A stretch of 64,000 nucleotides of DNA from the NCBI RefSeq assembly GCF_036365525.1, contig NC_090404.1, positions 6,882,001 to 6,946,000 on the forward strand. The letters are read 5' to 3'. This document shows positions 59,456 through 64,000 of the stretch, piece by piece. The position numbers were made by a program, and so were the translations under genes. Position 1 is the first letter of the stretch, and each line of letters opens with the position of its first letter. Below the pieces are notes generated by a model, which was given only the letters and a program-made list of their open reading frames with translations, made no database searches and had not been told where the DNA came from. This DNA comes from Heterodontus francisci. Lineage: Eukaryota.

Positions 59456-61433
59456 AACAATGAGATGTAAGACTGAGGATTGGGAGTGTTTTAGAAAGCA
59501 GCAAAGGACTACCAAAAAGTTGATAAAAAGGGAAAAAATAGAATTTGAGAGTAAACTAGCCATCAATATAAAAATAGTTTGGAAGATCTTTTATAAGTAC
59601 ATAAAAAGGAAAAGAGAAGCCAAAGTAGACGTTGGTCCCTTAGAGGCAGAGACAGGAGAAATCATCATGGGGAATGAGGAAATGGCAGAGGCATTGAACA
59701 AATATTTTGTGTCTGTCTTCACAGTAGAAGACACAAGTTCCATACCAGAAACAGGCAGTAACCTAGGGGCTAAAAAGAGTGAGAAAATTAAGGATATTGA
59801 TATCAGCCGAGAAAAAGTATTGGAGAAACTTGACAGAGTAAAATCTGACAAGTTCCCAGGACCTGATGGCTTACATCCTGGGGTTCTAAAAGAGATAACT
59901 GCAGAGATAGTGGATGTGATGGCTGTGACTTTCCAGAATTCCTTAGATTCAGGAATGGTCCCATCAGCCTGGATGTTATGGCAAATGTTATGCCGCTTTT
60001 CAAGAAAGGAGGTAGAGAGAAAACAAGGAACTACAATCCAGTTAGCCTGACGTCAGTCGTTGGAAAGATGCTGGAAACTATTATTCAAGAAGTCTTGACA
60101 TTACACTTGGAAAAGCATAGTATGATTAGAACAAGTCAGCGTGGTGTTACTAAAGGGAGATACTGTTTAACAAATGTATTAGAGATTTCTGAGGATGTAA
60201 CTAGTAGGGCAGATAAAGGGGAACGAGTAGATGCAGTGTACCTGGACTTTCAAAAGGCATTCAGTAAGGTGCCACATAAAAGAATAATAGGCAAGGTCAG
60301 GGCACATGGTGCTGGAGGTAGTATATCAGCGCGGACAAAGGATTGGTTAACAGACAGGAAGCAGAGAGTGGGCATAAATGAGGCATTTTTAAGTTGGAAG
60401 GCAGTGAATAGTGGGGTGCCGCAAGGATCAGTGCTGGTGTCTCAGCTATTTACACTCTATATTAATGACTTGGAAGAAAAGACAGAGAGTAATGTATCTA
60501 AGTTTGCTGATGATACAAAGTTCAGTGGAAAGGTAAGCTGTGGGGAGGATATATAGAGAGGCTGCAAAGAGATATAGACAGGTTAAGTGACTGACAAAAA
60601 GTTGGCAAATGGAGTATTATATAGGGAGTTCTGAAATTGTTCACTTTGGTCGTAAAAATAGAAAAGCCAAATATTTTGGTAGGAGTGAAAATGGTAAGTG
60701 TTAATGTTCCAAGAGACTTGGGGGTACTCGTGCAAGGAACACACAAAGTTACCATACAAGTGCATCCGGCTATTAGGAAGGTAAATGGCATGTTGGCCTT
60801 TTGTGCAAGGAGATTGGAGTACAGGAATAAAGAAGTCTTACCAAAATTGTACAGGGCTTTGGTGAGATCGCAAATGGAATACTGCGTGCAGTTTTGGCCT
60901 TCACATTGAAGAAAGGATGTCCTTTCACTTGAGGCAGTGCTGCGAAGATTTACTAAATTGGCCGCATTGGTTGATGGGCTTGTCCGGTGATGAGAGACTG
61001 AGTAAATTGGGCCTATATTCTCTGGTGTTTAGAAGAATGAAAGGCAATCTAATTGAGACACACGAGATTCTGAAAGGGCTTGATAGGGTAGAAGCTGAGA
61101 GATTGTTCCCATTGGTCAGGCAATCTAAAACACGGGGAAACAGCCTCAGGATAAGGAGCCAATAATTCAGGACTGAGATGAGAAGAAATTACTGCACTCA
61201 AAGAATTGTGAATCTTTGGAATTCTCCACCACAGAGGGTTGTGGATGCTCCATCATTGAATACATTTAAGGCTGGCATAGATAGATGTTTGGCCTCGCGG
61301 GTAATCAAGGGATATGGGGAGCGGGCAGGAAAGTGGAATTGAAGCCCAAGAACAGCCATGATCGTATTGAATGGCGAAGCAGGCTCGATGGGCCATATGG
61401 TCTACTTCTGATCCTATTTCTTGTGTTCTTGTA
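59456..61433 (+). mobile_element. CR1 LINE ORF2, 5'-truncated, antisense in the Cmu2-Cmu3 intron of copy 3
   Basis: YLDFQKAFSKVPH, GVPQGSVL, SKFADDTK; tail at about 61390-61433; copy 2 is uninterrupted at about 27273. Confidence 0.92.
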
Positions 61434-61648
61434 TCAAAGCAGAGGGAACCATTATTTGGTGATGCAATAACATGTTGAACTTTGAGCAAAACTAATTCAG
61501 CACTCACAGCAGAACAAAGCAAAATAAAACCTACATGATGGTAAATTAGAAATTATTCTGTGATTTGTACTAATTCCAATAATTTCCTGCCTTTGATATT
61601 CATCATAGAACAGAATGATCTGGAGCTTTCTCCATTTGTGTCTCTTAC

Positions 61649-61966
61649 CCTGAGATCCGGTGATGTTTCGGCTTTGGGTGACCGCTTGATGGGAGACCTG
61701 GCAGGTATAGACCGTGTTGGTGAACCATTCCCCAGCGGGGACTGTCAGCCGACTGGTCGCTGAGAAGTTTCCGTTCACTTCACAGGCGGGAGAGGTGACG
61801 AAGCCCGAATCCATGGATTGTCCATCCTTCAACCAACTCACGGTTATTGACTCTGGATGGAAATCGATGATTGAACACAAGACAGTTGCAAATCTGCTGC
61901 TTGTGATTTCTTCACTGGAAGTCTGGGTGAGGAGAACAGTTGGATGGACGATGTCGCCTTGACAAT
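61649..61966 (-). CDS. IGHM: IgM Cmu2 exon, copy 3
   Basis: 318 nt, open; [18 protein letters not shown]...[20 protein letters not shown]...YTCQVSHQ; gaag acceptor and gtaaga donor. Confidence 0.96.
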
Positions 61967-62169
61967 CTTCAAGAAAAACATGTTAGACATTTCTAGAAGA
62001 AATTAATAACTAATGCAAACTGTTCTTACATTTTAACAGATGTCAAGCAGACACTAACTGGAATCTCCAGGAATTAGAACAAAGCACAGTGCTCTAAATG
62101 TGATATAGCCAAAGCTCTACAAAAGATTATTATAGCTTTTGTGTTTTTCACAGTTTCCACAACACTAAC

Positions 62170-62466
62170 CTGGAATTTCCTTGATCCAGACTGACTCTCC
62201 GCGTCGAACCTCGCAGTAGATTTTGCTGCTTCCCACCTCTGATTCGGTGATGGTTAACTGGCTGCTCAGGGTGTAGGTTCCCTTCTTGTTCAGCACTGAT
62301 GGGTAAGTCTTCAGTCCAGTGGTGATCGTCTCTTGATCTTTCTTCCAGGAAACGCTGGTGATTTGGGGGATGTAGTCCATCGCCAAACAGCCGTAGGCAA
62401 CGGAGCCACCGGTGTTGGGTTGTTCACAGGAGCACAGACCATAAAGTGTTGGGGGAGACGGTGTCG
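62170..62466 (-). CDS. IGHM: IgM Cmu1 exon, copy 3
   Basis: 297 nt, open; [16 protein letters not shown]...YGCLAMDY...VSWKKD...IYCEVRRG; ttcccag acceptor and gttagt donor. Confidence 0.96.
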
Positions 62467-63204
62467 CTGGGAAACAATGGCAGATTGAACAAGTTAGACT
62501 CTGTGATTCTTGCTTATTAAGTAACCAGACACATCGGAATTTAACTCCAGCTAGAAACTGATTCCAATATTTTCCGATTAAAACCTTCAGCCGCATTTCA
62601 GCTTCATTTAGATCCATCGTTTGGTGATAATCGCCTGTCGTTCCCCTGGTTAGGAAAACACCTCTCTTTCAGGACCTGTCACATTACAAAATTAAGAGCC
62701 TTTTGAAGTCATCTCAATAAAGTACCCTCCATTGGACTGATCTGGAAGAGGAGATTCCCCACTATTTCAGCTAGTACTTATTTCTAAACCAACAGCACCT
62801 TGCCAAAAAAAAAGCACTCGGCATTTATTAATTGCAGTTTTTGGAAATTTACTCTCTGCAAATTGACTGCTGGGTTTCCCCACCCCTCCACATACCACCA
62901 CCACCCACCCCCCCCCACCCCTCCACCCCACGCCTACCCCCACCTCTCACCACCCCCAAATAGCGGCTACTCTTAAAAAGAGGCATCGCAATGTGTGCTT
63001 ATAAAACGAGTTTATAACCCGAAACTTGACTCCCAGGCAAAGTCCTTTCATTATTTCCCCATAAAAAAACCTACAACAAATCCTAGCATGTACATGACCC
63101 AGGATTATAAAATAATAGAAATGATAGCAGAGAAATAGGCCATTCGGTCCATCAAGCCTGTGAAAGATCACTCCAGCGATCCCGCTGACCTTCCAATTAC
63201 TAAT

Positions 63205-63371
63205 TTAAAGCAACATACTGCGGATGCTGGAAATCAGAAATAAAAACAAGAAATGCTGGAAATGCTCAGCAAGTCTGGCAGTATCTGTGGAGAGAGAAAC
63301 CGAGTTAACGTTTCAGGTCAGTGACCCTTCAACAGTGACCTGCTGAGTATTTCCAACATTTCTTGTTTTTA
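63205..63371. mobile_element. Second Penelope-terminus hairpin mini-element, in the J-C intron of copy 3
   Basis: Inverted arms AATAAAAACAAGAAATGCTGGAAATGCTCAGCA / TGCTGAGTATTTCCAACATTTCTTGTTTTTATT; near-perfect TSD TTCCAATT(A/C)CTAAT at 63191-63204 and 63372-63385. Confidence 0.8.
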
Positions 63372-64000
63372 TTCCAATTCCTAATCTTCTTTTCTAAAGT
63401 TCCATTTTATCCAGCTATGTTGGATTCTGTTGACAGCTCTCTTTCTGATAGGACATCCCAGATCCTAACAACCCCCTGTGTAGAAAAGTAGATTCATACC
63501 CTCTTCCTTCATTCTTTTGACGCTGATTTTAAATCAGTGCCCTCTACAGTCCAACTCACTGATCTGGGCAAATTGGTTTCGAAGTTTCTGGATAAAACAT
63601 TCATTATTCAAAACACCTCTACATGACTTCATTTTAATCTTCTATGTTCCCACAACAATAAAGAACTTTAACAATAAATAGTTGAAGTCTCCTTTGAAAC
63701 ATGGACTGAATCATTTAGTACACAGATTTCAGAGGGGAATTTTTACACAACCTAGTTTCTGGAATTAAAATTTTAGATGACTCGGCATTGACTCTAGACT
63801 ATCAGTTTCCTTCTCAGTACTTGAAGATTGTGATTTGTGTTCTAGCTTTACTGAATGGATCTCTCCCGAGTTTGCTGCTCCCTCCAGCTCAATTAATAAT
63901 CCGAAATAAATCCGATTCCTAAATATCGGTCATCTGGAATGATGTTCTTGAAATGGTCCATTTAATTTTCCAAAGTATCTTCCCACCCCTCGCCAGTGAG

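Noticed and set aside
62467-64000. Search for JH and an intronic enhancer upstream of Cmu1
   Set aside because: No WGXG segment, RSS or convincing octamer/E-box cluster was found; JH presumably lies beyond the window.

Overview
Eukaryotic, repeat-rich genomic DNA from a cartilaginous fish. The constant-region protein closely resembles horn shark (Heterodontus) IgM as I recall it. The window holds three immunoglobulin mu heavy-chain constant-region copies: (1) an orphan but intact Cmu4/secretory-tail exon on the minus strand (8534-8925); (2) a pseudogene Cmu1-Cmu4 on the plus strand (26247-30136); (3) an apparently intact Cmu1-Cmu4-TM1-TM2 gene on the minus strand (62466-53608), whose V, D and J segments would lie beyond the right edge. 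Copies 2 and 3 form an inverted duplication. Between them lie two T-cell-receptor V alpha/delta-like pseudogenes (45042-45477 and 47477-47801), which the ORF track does not capture as V genes. TCR and IgH elements are therefore physically interleaved here. Both defective Cmu copies lost the transmembrane exons through different deletions. The rest is mostly retroelements (CR1, a CR1/L2-group family, Tx1-clade, Penelope-like, Rex1, SINEs) and tandem repeats. Two divergent Tx1-clade elements start at the same position in a 67-bp minisatellite unit, and a paralogous empty site is present in the window, suggesting a target-specific retrotransposon family. A minimal hammerhead ribozyme motif and TSD-flanked hairpin mini-elements derive from the Penelope-like terminus.
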